64,000 nucleotides of DNA. Origin: an uncultured Gemmatimonadales bacterium. GTDB lineage: Bacteria > Gemmatimonadota > Gemmatimonadetes > Longimicrobiales > RSA9. The stretch is from the NCBI GenBank assembly GCA_963798085.1, contig CAWCRS010000008.1, positions 480,001 to 544,000 on the forward strand, given 5' to 3'. The notes under the pieces were generated by a model, which saw nothing but the letters and a program-made list of their open reading frames with translations, ran no database searches and had not been told where the DNA came from. The translations under genes and the position numbers were made by a program. Positions 51,248 to 64,000 of the stretch are shown here, piece after piece; within the stretch, counting starts at the first letter, position 1; each line of letters begins with the position of its first letter.

Positions 51248-52185
51248 CGCAGCCCGTCGACGTGGCGCAGTCCTCGGTCCGGCTGAACGCGTATCTGCGC
51301 AACATTGCGGACGGTCGCCAGCTGAGCGTACACACGGTCGCCGCCTACCGCCGCGACCTGCTGGAACTGTCCGCGTTCCTCGACCAGTATTTCCACACGG
51401 AGAGCTGGGACTGGGCCGGCGTCGATCGGCTGGCGTTGCGCGGTTTCCTCGGCCAGCTGGCACGGCGCCGCCTCAGCCGGCGCAGCATCGCGCGCAAGCT
51501 GTCGGCCGCGCGCTCCTTCTTCCGCTGGCTGCACCGCGAGGAATTCGTCGAGGCCAACCCTGCGCGCGCGGTGCGCTCGCCCAGGCTGGAGCGCACACTG
51601 CCCGGCTGGCTGACGCGCAGCGAGACTGACAGACTGTTCGAGGTGGCGGAGAACCGCTCGGCCGAGAACACCTTCAGTGGCGTGCGCGATCATGCCATGC
51701 TCGAGCTGTTCTACGCGGCCGGTCTGCGACTCTCCGAGCTGTGCGCACTCGATACCGTGGACGTCGATCTCGTGGGCGACCAGGTCAAGGTCAAGGGCAA
51801 GGGCCGCAAGGAGCGCATCGTGCCGCTGGGCCGCGCCGCGGTGCAGGCACTGCGTCGCTGGGAGCCTCGCCGCGCCGAAGCCGCCGCCGCCGGCGATGCC
51901 GCGGATCGCAAGGCGCTGTTCCTGTCCGCGCACGGCCGGCGCCTGTCACGCCGCCGTGTGCAGGCCATTGTGAGCGAACGACTGCACGCCGCGAGCGACG
52001 ACAGCAAGCTGTCGACGCACTCGCTGCGCCACACATTCGCCACGCACATGCTCGATGAAGGCGCGGACCTGCTGGCGGTGAAGGAACTGCTGGGCCACGC
52101 CTCGCTGTCGACGACGCGCATCTACTCGCACACATCGCGCGAGCGACTCAAGCGGGTATACGAGAAGGCGCATCCCAGAGCATGA
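51244..52185 (+). CDS. xerC: Tyrosine recombinase XerC
   Basis: AYRRDL, GLRLSEL, GKGRKER.VP, HSLRHTFATH, ELLGHASLSTT.IY and Y.KAHPRA, in topA-trmFO-xerC-hslVU context. Confidence 0.9.
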   Translation: MTQPVDVAQSSVRLNAYLRNIADGRQLSVHTVAAYRRDLLELSAFLDQYFHTESWDWAGVDRLALRGFLGQLARRRLSRRSIARKLSAARSFFRWLHREEFVEANPARAVRSPRLERTLPGWLTRSETDRLFEVAENRSAENTFSGVRDHAMLELFYAAGLRLSELCALDTVDVDLVGDQVKVKGKGRKERIVPLGRAAVQALRRWEPRRAEAAAAGDAADRKALFLSAHGRRLSRRRVQAIVSERLHAASDDSKLSTHSLRHTFATHMLDEGADLLAVKELLGHASLSTTRIYSHTSRERLKRVYEKAHPRA

Positions 52186-52188
52186 GCT

Positions 52189-52360
52189 GCGTTGCTGGTT
52201 GCTGGGGCTGGGGCTCGTTGCTCGGGAACGACAACAGACTGAACTGCGTTGCTGATTGCTGGTGCCCGGTCTGTGTGCTGGGGAATCGAAGGGCGATCCA
52301 GCTGTCGTGCCGCTCATTGGTTGCCCAGCAACCAGCCGGAGCAACCAGCCCCAGCAACGC
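52189..52360. repeat. Intergenic inverted-repeat element, family B
   Basis: GCGTTGCTGG...GCTGGGGCTG units on the left and CCAGCAACCAGC...CCCCAGCAACGC on the right. Confidence 0.75.
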
Positions 52361-52383
52361 CTTCAGAGGCAGGAGGAACACAA

Positions 52384-52934
52384 TTGGGCAATGATATTTC
52401 CTTCCACGCCACCACCATTATCGCGGTCCGTCACAACGGGCGGGTTGCCCTGGGCGGGGACGGGCAGGTGACGCTGGGGGAAACGGTGATGAAGGCCACC
52501 GCACAGAAGGTGCGGCGTCTGAAGGATGGCAAGATCCTGGCGGGGTTCGCGGGATCCGTGGCGGACGCGTTCGCGCTCTTCGAGAAATTCGAGGAGAAGC
52601 TCGAGCGCTATCCGGGCAACCTGTCGCGCGCCTGCGTCGAGTTGGCCAAGGACTGGCGCACGGATCGTTTCCTGCGCCGCCTGGAGGCGCTGCTCGCCGT
52701 GGCGGATCGCAACCACCTGTTTGTCATCAGCGGCGATGGCAACGTCATCGAGCCGGATGACGACGTCATCGCCATCGGCAGCGGCGGCGGCTACGCGCTG
52801 GCCGCGGCGCGCGCGCTCAAGACGCACGCGCAGCTGGACGCGGCACAGATCGCGCGCGCGGCGCTCGAGATTGCCGCTGACATCTGCATCTTCACGAATC
52901 GCAACATCGTGGTGCTCGAGCTGGGTGAATCCGC

Positions 52935-52938
<4 letters not shown>
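52384..52938 (+). CDS. hslV: ATP-dependent protease peptidase subunit HslV
   Basis: [41 protein letters not shown] and CIFTN. TTG start with AGGAGG. Confidence 0.96.
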
Positions 52939-54455
<1,517 letters not shown>

Positions 54456-54457
54456 AC

Positions 54458-54848
54458 CGTTGCTGGTTGCTTGTTGCCGGGGCTGGTTGCTGGGGAACGG
54501 CGTGAACGGATTGAACTTCGTTTCTGGGGCTCGGGCCGGGGCTGGGTGACGCATTCGCTGGAAGGGTAGCGTACCCAACCGAGGACGAGCCCGCCCATTG
54601 CCGGTTCGTTGCAGATATCTAACACGACACTATCGAACCGCCAGCCCGACGCCAGTGTCGCGCAATCAAGGCTGCCCACCGTACACTCCGTCGTTCCCGA
54701 GCCACCCGCCCCAGGAACCAGCCCCAGCAACGCAGTTCGTTCTGTTAGAGCCGTTGCCGAGCCACCAGCCCCAGCAACGAGCAACCAGCAACGCATTTGA
54801 TGCGTCGTCGTTCCCAGCCCGAGCCCCGGCCCCAGCCCGAGCAACGCC
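54458..54848. repeat. Intergenic inverted-repeat element, family B (largest copy)
   Basis: Left CGTTGCTGGTTGCTTGTTGCCGGGGCTGG and right CCAGCCCCAGCAACGAGCAACCAGCAACG (~54765-54793), plus further units. Confidence 0.75.
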
Positions 54849-54897
54849 GCTGAGCCCGCCCTTTTCGGCGCTCCACGCGTCCACTAGCTTGCGCCCC

Positions 54898-55819
54898 ATG
54901 TCCAAACGCGATTTTCTGGCTCTGCCCGACTTCACGGGCGAGGAGCTGTACGAGGTGCTGGAGGTGGCGGCGCGCATGAAGCGCGGCGTCTGGGCGCCGC
55001 GCCCGCTGGAGAGGCGCACGCTGGCCATGATCTTCGAGAAAAGCTCGACGCGCACGCGCGTGTCGTTCGAGGTGGGTGCGTGCCAGCTGGGCGGGCACGC
55101 GCTGTTCCTCTCCTCGCGCGACATCCAGATCGGGCGCGGCGAGCCGGTCCCGGACACGGCGAGGGTACTGTCACGCTATGTCGACATGATCATGATCCGC
55201 ACCTTCAGCCACGCCATGGTGGAGGACCTGGCTCGCCACGCTTCGGTACCCGTGATCAACGGACTGACCGATCTGCTGCACCCCTGCCAGGTGCTGGCAG
55301 ACGTGATGACCATCCAGGAAAACCTGGGCGCGGATCTGCGGCCGCGGCGGGTGGCGTGGGTTGGTGATGGCAACAACATGGCGAACTCGTGGCTGAACGC
55401 GGCGTACAGTTTCGGCTTCGAGCTGCGCCTCGCATGCCCCGAGGGGTACCGCCCGGATCCGGCGATCCTGGCGCGCGCGAGTGGCGCCACGCGCGTGCTG
55501 CTGACGGATGATCCAGCGCAGGCAGTGGCGGGCGCAGATGTCGTCAACACCGATGTCTGGACATCCATGGGCCAGGAGAGCGAGACTGCGGCACGCCAGC
55601 GCGCGTTTGCCGGGTATCACGTCGATAACGCGCTGATGGCGAAGGCGGCTGCAGCTGCCATTTTCCTGCACTGCCTGCCCGCGCATCGCGGCGAGGAGGT
55701 GGCGGAGGAAGTAATCGAGGGAGCGCGTTCGCGCGTCTTCGATGAAGCAGAAAACCGGTTGCACGTACAGAAGGCCATCATGGCTCGCCTGATCGAGTCG
55801 GACCACGTCCAACCCCTGA
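54898..55819 (+). CDS. argF: Ornithine carbamoyltransferase (stop probably displaced by one extra base near 55813-55816)
   Basis: FEKSSTRTRVSFE, NGLTDLLHPCQ, GDGNNMANS, TDVWTSMGQE, HCLPAHRGEEV and EAENRLHVQKA. An out-of-frame TGA at 55817-55819 follows CCCC. Confidence 0.93.
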
Positions 55820-55827
55820 ACACGAAC

Positions 55828-56935
55828 ATGCCGGAATCCCTGAAACGCACGCCCATGCACGACCAGCACGTGGCGCTGGGCGCGAAGATGGTGCCGTTCG
55901 CAGGCTGGGAGATGCCCGTGCAGTACCGTACGGGCATCCTGGAAGAACATCGCGCCGTGCGCACTTCCGCCGGGCTCTTCGATGTGTCGCACATGGGTGA
56001 ACTCGATGTGCGCGGCCCGCAGGCACTCGCGCTGGTGCAGCGCGTGACCACGAATGATGCGTCCACGATGAAAGTCGGGCAGGCGCAGTACGCAGTCATG
56101 TGCCGGGAAGATGGCGGCGCCATCGACGACTGCATTGTGTATCGCTTCGCCGATCACTGGATGATCGTGGTCAATGCGTCGAATCGCGACAAGGATCGCG
56201 ACTGGGTGCTTGCGCACGTGGAAGATGGAGTTCAGGTGACGGATGTTTCGGACGACATCGCCCTGATCGCATTGCAGGGACCCGTCGCGCAGCGCGTGCT
56301 CGCGCGTCTCACCACCACGGATCTGGACGCCATTGCGTATTATCATTTCGCCGAAGGCGAAGTGGATGGGGTCCCCGGCATCATCAGTCGCACCGGGTAT
56401 ACGGGCGAGGATGGATTCGAGCTGTACGTCGCGGCGGAACTCGGGCCGCGCGTCTGGCAGAGCGTGCTGGATGCGGGCAGCGGTGAGGGCGTGATTCCGG
56501 CCGGCCTGGGTGCGCGCGATTCGCTGCGTCTCGAGATGGGCTATGCCCTCTACGGCAACGATCTCGACGAATCGCGCACACCGCTGGAAGCCGGACTCGG
56601 CTGGGTCGTCAAGCTGGACAAGGGCGATTTCCTGGGACGCGCGGCTCTCGCACGGCAGAAGGAAACAGGCGTGCGCGAGCGACTCGCCGGTTTTCAGCTC
56701 AGGGAGCGCGGCTTCCCGCGGCACGGCTATCACGTGCGCTGGAAGGGCGACCGTGTGGGCGATGTGACAAGCGGCATGCTCAGTCCATCCACAGGGCAGG
56801 GAATCGGCATGGCGTACGTGCCGCACGCTCGCCGCGAAGCCGGGCACGGAAGTGGAAGTCGAAGTGCGCGATCGCGTCACGCCCGCCGAGATCGTACGCC
56901 CACCCTTCTACAAGGAAGGCTCCATCCGGAGGTGA
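55828..56935 (+). CDS. gcvT: Glycine cleavage system aminomethyltransferase T, +1 frameshift near 56823
   Basis: LKRTP, FAGWEMPVQY, FDVSHMGE, SRTGYTGEDGFE and GLGARDSLRLEMG. The true C-terminus KPGTEVEVEVR...PPFYK...RR* is in the +1 frame. Confidence 0.93.
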
Positions 56936-56937
56936 GG

Positions 56938-57436
56938 TTGGAGCCAATCCGTCTGGCGGTCCTGACGATTTCCGATGGGGTCGCGGCCGGCACGCGCGCG
57001 GACCGGAGTGGTGAACGCATTGTGCAATGGGCGACGATGCGTGGTCATCAGCTCGTGCACCGCGACGTCGTCGCGGATCAGGCCGAACGCATTGCCTCGC
57101 TGCTCGCGCAGCGCGCGGACGCCGGTGCTGTGGACCTCATCGTGACCACGGGCGGTACCGGCTTCACCGCGCGTGACGTCACGCCGGAAGCCACACAGAG
57201 CATTGTCGAGCGTGCCGCACCCGGCATTGCCGAAGCGATTCGACTTCGTGGCGGCGGGGCCACTCCCTTTGCCTGGCTGTCGCGCGGCTGCGCCGGGATC
57301 CGCGCGCACACGCTGATCGTCAATCTGCCGGGCAGCGAGTCCGGTGTCGGCGATGGCCTCGCCGTGCTGGACGAGCTGGCGGCCCACGCCGTGCAGCTGC
57401 TGCGCAACATCGACACGGGACGCCACGGGCCGGCCG

Positions 57437-57444
<8 letters not shown>
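56938..57444 (+). CDS. mog: MogA/MoaB-family molybdenum cofactor biosynthesis protein
   Basis: VLTISD, DRSG, TTGGTGFTARDVTPEAT and SRG.AG....LIVNLPGS. GGAGG precedes TTG 56938. Confidence 0.88.
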
Positions 57445-59023
<1,579 letters not shown>

Positions 59024-59091
59024 AGCGAAGCTTCGCCCGGAGCATCTAACAGATAGTCAGAATTGCGTGCAGGAAGTGCCAGCCCGGGCGG

Positions 59092-59709
59092 TCAGCCGCC
59101 GCCCAGGGCGCGCACGCGCGCGCGCTCCGCGTCCAGCTTCGGGATGATGCGGCTCCAGGCGTCGGTTTCGTGGGTGCCGTAGCGTACGAGAATGGGGAGG
59201 CCGTAGTTGATGGGATCGGCGAACACGTAGATCGCCTGTTCCGTGTCCTGCTGATTCAATCGCTGGCGGCCGAAGCCGCTGGTGATCTCCAGCATGGTGG
59301 CCGCTCGCTGCAGCCTGCCCTGATGTGCGAGCTGCAGGTCCTGCGGCTGGAATTCGACGTCCGCCTGGTAGCTGAAGAACGAGACCAGAAACATTTCGTT
59401 AGCGCGGCCGGGCGAGGCGGATTCCGCGTCCACCCGCCGGCTCTCCGCCAGCGAGTGCATGCGCTGGTACATGTCAGGCGCCAGCAGCCGGATGGTGCCC
59501 TCGTCGAGAGGCGTCACCTTGATCAGCAGCGGACCGGAACGCAGCGACACGGTGATGTCATCCAGCTTGAGCGTGCCCTTGCCCGCCGGCACCATGTTCC
59601 GCTGCGCGTTGCTCACCTGTGCCGACAGCGGCTGCGGCGACGGCAGGCAGGCGGCGCTCGCGATTGTCAGCCCGACGCATGCGGTACGCAGCAAACGCCG
59701 CCAATTCAT
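59092..59709 (-). CDS. Hypothetical exported protein / lipoprotein
   Basis: MNWRR..LTIASAAC signal or lipobox, ordinary globular composition, directly downstream of engB. Confidence 0.7.
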   Translation of the reverse strand: MNWRRLLRTACVGLTIASAACLPSPQPLSAQVSNAQRNMVPAGKGTLKLDDITVSLRSGPLLIKVTPLDEGTIRLLAPDMYQRMHSLAESRRVDAESASPGRANEMFLVSFFSYQADVEFQPQDLQLAHQGRLQRAATMLEITSGFGRQRLNQQDTEQAIYVFADPINYGLPILVRYGTHETDAWSRIIPKLDAERARVRALGGG

Positions 59710-59744
59710 ACCGGACTCCGTTGCCAGGCTCAATCTCGTCCCGT

Positions 59745-60362
59745 TCACTTTCGTTCGAGCAGCCGTTCCACGGCCGCCAGCAGTGCGTCCCGGCCAGCAC
59801 CGGTGCTGGCGGAAAACGGTACGATCTGCTCCGCGGGCAGGGCCAGCAACTTCATCGCGTCTGCCGTGTGCCGGGCGCGTTCCGCTGCGCCCAGCTTGTC
59901 CGCCTTGGTCAACGCCACCACCACGGGTAACCCGAGTGTAGACAGATACTCGAGCATCTGCCGGTCCAGTGCCGTGGGCTCGTGTCGCATGTCCACGAGC
60001 TGCACGACGCCACGCAACTCGGGTGTGCTCGTCAGATAACGCTCGATCAGCGGTTGCCACGTGCCACGCACTGCGACCGGCACGCGGGCAAATCCGTAAC
60101 CCGGCAGATCGACCAGGAAGAACTCGCGTTCTCTGCCGCCCGCGCGACCTGCGAGCACGCGATAGAAGTTGATCTGCTGCGTCTTGCCCGGCGTACTCGA
60201 TACCCGCGCTACGGGCGTGCGGGTCCTGCCCAGCAGCCTGTTGATCAGACTCGACTTGCCCACGTTCGAGCGACCTGCGAACGCAACCTGCGGCAGCCCG
60301 CGCGGCGCGTCGCCGCCCGGTTTTGCGATCACCGCGGCCATCTCCACTGACTTGATCTTCAT
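59745..60362 (-). CDS. engB: Ribosome biogenesis GTPase YihA/YsxC
   Basis: AFAGRSNVGKSSLIN, TPGKT, VDLPGYG, TKADK and PFSA. Confidence 0.95.
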   Translation of the reverse strand: MKIKSVEMAAVIAKPGGDAPRGLPQVAFAGRSNVGKSSLINRLLGRTRTPVARVSSTPGKTQQINFYRVLAGRAGGREREFFLVDLPGYGFARVPVAVRGTWQPLIERYLTSTPELRGVVQLVDMRHEPTALDRQMLEYLSTLGLPVVVALTKADKLGAAERARHTADAMKLLALPAEQIVPFSASTGAGRDALLAAVERLLERK

Positions 60363-60375
60363 GTTGACGGCAAAG

Positions 60376-60486
60376 GCGTTGCTGGGGCTGGTTGCTGGGG
60401 CTGGTTGCTCGGAAACGGTAAACCTATTCCGGGGGGCGGTCAATGCGCTACCGGGCAGAGACTGCGTAGCCCCAGCAACGCAGTTC
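60376..60486. repeat. Intergenic inverted-repeat element, family B
   Basis: Tandem GTTGCTGGGGCTG units. 14-bp perfect inverted ends at 60376-60389 and 60468-60481. Bases 60468-60486 are identical to 54720-54738. Confidence 0.78.
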
Positions 60487-60569
60487 TCCGTCCTTGTAGC
60501 GCCCGGCGCTGTCGCCTACCTTGCTCGCTTCGCAGGATCGACCGCTCACTCTGCAAACGGCGTCCGCCG

Positions 60570-62795
60570 ATGGCCGCTCCTTCGGAAGTCCGGCTGGCCC
60601 GCGAGATGCGGCTGCTGGACATCACCATGATTGGAGTCGGCGCCATGATCGGCGCCGGCATTTTCGTGCTCACCGGCATTGCCGCGGGTGTCGCCGGGCC
60701 GGGCCTGCTCCTCGCCTTTCTGCTCAACGGGTTCGTCACACTGTTCGCGGCCGCTGCCTATGCCGAGCTGGGCTCTTCCTTCCACGATGCGGGCGGTGGC
60801 TATCTCTGGGTGAAGTCCGGACTGCCGGATCCCCAGGGCTTCATGAGCGGCTGGATGTCCTGGTTCGCTCACGCCGTGGCGTGCTCGCTCTATGCGCTCG
60901 GCTTCGGCGCCTACTTCGAACTGGTGCTGCACGCGCTGGGCGTTGGTGTCATCAACACGCCGTTCATTGCGCTCGACAAATGGCTCGCCGTCATCGTGGT
61001 CGCGCTCTTCGCCTGGATCAACTACCGCGGTGCATCGGAAACGGGCAAGGCCGGAAACATCGTCACGGCGGGCAAGATCCTGATCCTTGCCGTGTTCATC
61101 GGCTTCGGCATTGCCATTACACTGCGGCGTCCCGACTGGCGCGTCACATTCGATGACTTCCTCCCCAACGGCATGGGCGGCGTATTCACCGCCATGGGTC
61201 TGACGTTCATCGCGTTCGAAGGTTACGAGATCATCGCGCAGTGCAGTGAAGAGGTGCGCAATCCCAAACGCAATGTGCCGCGCGCCGTCTTCCTCTCACT
61301 GGTCATTGTCGTGCCCATTTATCTGCTGGTGGCGTTTGCGGCGCTGGGCGCGATCCGGCCGGAGGGTATGCCCAGCTGGCAATTCCTGGGCGCGCACAAG
61401 GAAACCGCGCTCGTGGACGCCGCGGCGACTTTCTTCCACGGCGGCGGCGCGATGATCCTCGTGGGCGGTCTGCTTTCCACCATGAGCGCGCTGAACGCGA
61501 CCATCTATTCGTCCTCACGCGTCTCCTACGCGATGGGCCGGGACCGCAATCTGCCAGGCTGGTTCGGCATCGTGCACGCGCAGCGCAAGACGCCGCACCT
61601 CGCGATTCTGGCATCCGCGGTCCTGATCTCGTTCATGGCCGTGGCACTTCCCATCGAGGCGGTCGCGAGCGCCGCCGACATCATGTTCCTGCTGCTGTTC
61701 ATCCAGGTGCTCGTCGTGCTGATTGCGCTGCGCCGCAAGCGGCCGGACCTGGATCGCGGGTTCCGCGTGCCATGGGTGCCGGTGGTGCCCATCGTCGGGA
61801 TTCTGCTGCAGCTGTTCCTGGCTGTCTATCTGTTCGTCTACAGTCCGCGCGCGTGGCTCAGCGCGGCCGCGTGGATCGCGATCGGTCTCGTCGTCTTCTA
61901 TGCGTACGCGCGCAGGCGGGACCGCGCCCACGCCCGGGTCGTCGCCGTGCGCGAGGCGACAGCGCGCAACGAGTACCGCATCCTGGCCTGCATCAGCAAT
62001 CCCGGACACGCGCGGCACATCCTCGAGCTGTCTCGTCTGTTAGCGAAACGGTTCGATGGCGAAATCGTCGCGCTCAATGTCGTCGAGGTGCCGGATGGCG
62101 AAGTGCTGGCGCGCGGACTCGATGATGTGGATGAGGCGCAGCGGCTGCTGGAAGCCGCGATCACGGACCACGACGAGGAGCGACCGATTCGCGCGCTGGT
62201 GAAGGTCGGGCACCGGACATCGTGGGCCATCACGGAGACCGCGATCGAGGAGAACTGCAACCTGATCGTCATGGGCCGGGCACGCCGCGCCACGTTCGTG
62301 GAACGGCTGGCGGCAACCATTGTCGATCGCGTCGTGCGTAGTGCGCCGGCCCAGGTCATCGTGGTGAGCGCGGGGCGCTGGCCGGAACGCATCTCGACGA
62401 TCATGCTGCCGCTGGAGCCGGGAACGCACACGGACCTGGCAGCGCGGCTTGCCTTCGACCTGGCGGGTGTGGCGGGCGCTCACGTGCGCGCCGTACGCGT
62501 GCTCCCGCTCGGCAGCGATGGTATGGCGATGGCGCGCGCCGAAACGGAAGTCGAAGCCGCGCTCGCGACCCACCGCGATGAGGCGGAGATTCGCACGATC
62601 CGGTCGGAGGACATCACGACGGGGCTCCTGGATCAGGCGCGCAGCGCGGACATCGTGCTCATGGGCGGCGCCGATGCGAGCGTGCTGGAGCAATTGTTCG
62701 CATGGCCGGTTCCGCTGGAGCTGGCAGAACACAGTGATCGGCCGGTTCTGATGGTTTACGAGATGGCAGCCGAGCCCAGCATACCGACCGCGTGA
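60570..62795 (+). CDS. APC-family amino acid permease fused to two universal stress protein (USP) domains
   Basis: GVGAMIGAGIF, YAELGS...AGGGY, FIAFEGYE, SSSRVSYAMGRD and ~12 TMs. Two C-terminal USP-like domains (LIVMG, IVLMG). Confidence 0.9.
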   Translation: MAAPSEVRLAREMRLLDITMIGVGAMIGAGIFVLTGIAAGVAGPGLLLAFLLNGFVTLFAAAAYAELGSSFHDAGGGYLWVKSGLPDPQGFMSGWMSWFAHAVACSLYALGFGAYFELVLHALGVGVINTPFIALDKWLAVIVVALFAWINYRGASETGKAGNIVTAGKILILAVFIGFGIAITLRRPDWRVTFDDFLPNGMGGVFTAMGLTFIAFEGYEIIAQCSEEVRNPKRNVPRAVFLSLVIVVPIYLLVAFAALGAIRPEGMPSWQFLGAHKETALVDAAATFFHGGGAMILVGGLLSTMSALNATIYSSSRVSYAMGRDRNLPGWFGIVHAQRKTPHLAILASAVLISFMAVALPIEAVASAADIMFLLLFIQVLVVLIALRRKRPDLDRGFRVPWVPVVPIVGILLQLFLAVYLFVYSPRAWLSAAAWIAIGLVVFYAYARRRDRAHARVVAVREATARNEYRILACISNPGHARHILELSRLLAKRFDGEIVALNVVEVPDGEVLARGLDDVDEAQRLLEAAITDHDEERPIRALVKVGHRTSWAITETAIEENCNLIVMGRARRATFVERLAATIVDRVVRSAPAQVIVVSAGRWPERISTIMLPLEPGTHTDLAARLAFDLAGVAGAHVRAVRVLPLGSDGMAMARAETEVEAALATHRDEAEIRTIRSEDITTGLLDQARSADIVLMGGADASVLEQLFAWPVPLELAEHSDRPVLMVYEMAAEPSIPTA

Positions 62796-62807
62796 GGAGG
62801 AAGCGCC

Positions 62808-63548
62808 ATGCAGCAGCAACCATCGCTGATCTCGGTCAAGGACCTGGTCGCGAAGCTCGCGGGCTTCGTACCGTCACTCATTGCCGGACTGCTCGTCCTC
62901 ATTATCGGCCTGATCGCGTGGTGGCTGGTGGCGAAGTTCGTGGCGCGCATGCTCATCGTGCTGCGCCTCGATCGCGTGCTGTCGCGGCTGGGCTGGGGCA
63001 AGGCGCTCGCCAAGGGCGACGTGCGCCACGCGCTCTTCGATCTGGTCGGCACCATCCTGGGTGGCATCGTCTTTCTCGTGTTCCTCGACAATGCGCTCGT
63101 CATCTGGAACCTCACGGTTCTCTCACGCCTGCTCGACAGCCTGGTTGTCCTCATTCCCAACCTGGTCGTCGCGGGCGCCATCCTCGCCGTCGGCTGGGTG
63201 ATCGCATCCATCGCATCACGCGCCACGCGCAACGGACTGCTGCAGTCCGGCATTGCGCAGGCCGGCCTCTTCGCGCACCTCGCGCGCGCCGCTATCCTGG
63301 TGTTTGCCACCGCCATGGCGCTCATCCAGCTCAATGTGGCGGCGACGATCGTGTCTCACGCCTTCATGATCACCTTCGGCGCGCTGGGCCTGAGCTTCGT
63401 CCTCGCCGTGGGCCTGGGCAGTCGCAAGGCGGTGGAAACAATGTGGGAGGAGATCCTGTCTCGCCGCCGCGAAGCCAGTCGTGCGTCGGGCCCGCGCACC
63501 ACCGCACCACCCGCCCAGCGCGAGCCCATCGACCCCGCGCCCCGCTGA
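62808..63548 (+). CDS. Conserved TM-helix repeat membrane protein (MscS N-terminal-like / CmpX-like)
   Basis: Repeated FVPSLIAGLLVLIIG and IPNLVVAGAILAVG, and C-terminal LAVGLGSR. No MscS cytoplasmic domain. Confidence 0.75.
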   Translation: MQQQPSLISVKDLVAKLAGFVPSLIAGLLVLIIGLIAWWLVAKFVARMLIVLRLDRVLSRLGWGKALAKGDVRHALFDLVGTILGGIVFLVFLDNALVIWNLTVLSRLLDSLVVLIPNLVVAGAILAVGWVIASIASRATRNGLLQSGIAQAGLFAHLARAAILVFATAMALIQLNVAATIVSHAFMITFGALGLSFVLAVGLGSRKAVETMWEEILSRRREASRASGPRTTAPPAQREPIDPAPR

Positions 63549-63764
63549 CCGCGCGTTAGAAGCGCGCAGCGGCCAGCCGGCCGGTACGCACGATACCGCG
63601 CGTGAGCGTGGCCTCACGCGCGCGCCATGGTGCATTGTCGCAAGGTTCAGGAATGTCGGATCAGGCGGGACGCACAATCCCGGGACAGGACGAGCTTGAC
63701 AGGTAGTCAAGCGACGCCAGGCCGGCCGTCACCGGTCGCCTGCGATATCACGGGTTCCCAGGCA

Positions 63765-63835
63765 CCCAGCCGAGGAAATCCGTCAGCCCGGCAGTAGTCC
63801 GTTCAGCCCCAGCAACCAGCCCGGGCCCGAGTCCC
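63765..63835. repeat. Partial family B repeat cluster
   Basis: CAGCCCCAGCAACCAGCCC near 63805-63823, plus degenerate units. Confidence 0.55.
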
Positions 63836-63853
63836 TGAGCCGCCGCGGGCGGC

Positions 63854-64000
63854 TCAGGCCTCGCGCTTCTTGCTCTCGGGCCGCAGCACGAGCAGCGGCT
63901 GGATAGCCTTCTCGATGCACTCGGGCGTGATGACCACTTCGCGCACGTCGTGGCGTGAGGGCACATCGAACATCACGTCGCGCATCAGTTCCTCGAGCAC
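63854..64000 (-). CDS. clpX: ATP-dependent Clp protease ATPase ClpX, C-terminal end only
   Basis: Manual translation VLEELMRDVMFDVPSRHDVREVVITPECIEKAIQPLLVLRPESKKREA*. Same strand as, and upstream of, engB. Confidence 0.82.
   Translation of the reverse strand: MLEELMRDVMFDVPSRHDVREVVITPECIEKAIQPLLVLRPESKKREA

Noticed and set aside
51244..52185. Tyrosine recombinase as a possible integrase of a mobile element
   Set aside because: It sits in the housekeeping topA-trmFO-xerC-hslVU order and has the XerC-type C-terminus. No att sites or cargo genes are seen.

Overview
High-GC bacterial chromosomal window, probably Gemmatimonadota (inferred from gene content and order). Left part (1-14.4 kb): mixed accessory genes, including a MaoC/HTD2-type hydratase, an S9 peptidase, a flavin amine oxidase, a beta-propeller protein, mpl, an isolated rpsU, a histidine-kinase remnant, a Ycf46-type AAA ATPase and a gluzincin/TolB/Omp85 protein. 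Centre (14.9-45.4 kb): a ~30 kb type IVa pilus locus. It runs pilS-pilR, a 9-gene glycosylation cassette, two paralogous pilins, a second sigma54 two-component pair, four minor pilins, an orphan gene, pilMNOPQ and a tandem-repeat lipoprotein. The cassette has two polyprenyl-phosphate-sugar synthase-like GT2s, two ArnT/PMT-like GT-Cs, two methyltransferases, an AsnB-type amidotransferase and two TMTC/DUF1736-like GT-C-TPR proteins. Right part: aroC-aroK-topA-trmFO-xerC-hslVU-argF-gcvT-mog, a sigma54 activator, engB, an APC permease-USP fusion, a TM-helix protein and the 3' end of clpX. The best candidate for a little-described system is pilin glycosylation by bacterial homologues of the eukaryotic TMTC O-mannosyltransferases. 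Three families of intergenic inverted repeats are present. Six clear single-base +1 frameshifts plus one inferred (three in topA) look like sequencing errors. Two of them create a false 948-aa ArgF-GcvT-Mog fusion. No rRNA, tRNA, CRISPR array or transposase was recognised. All family assignments are from motif recognition by eye, not from database searches.
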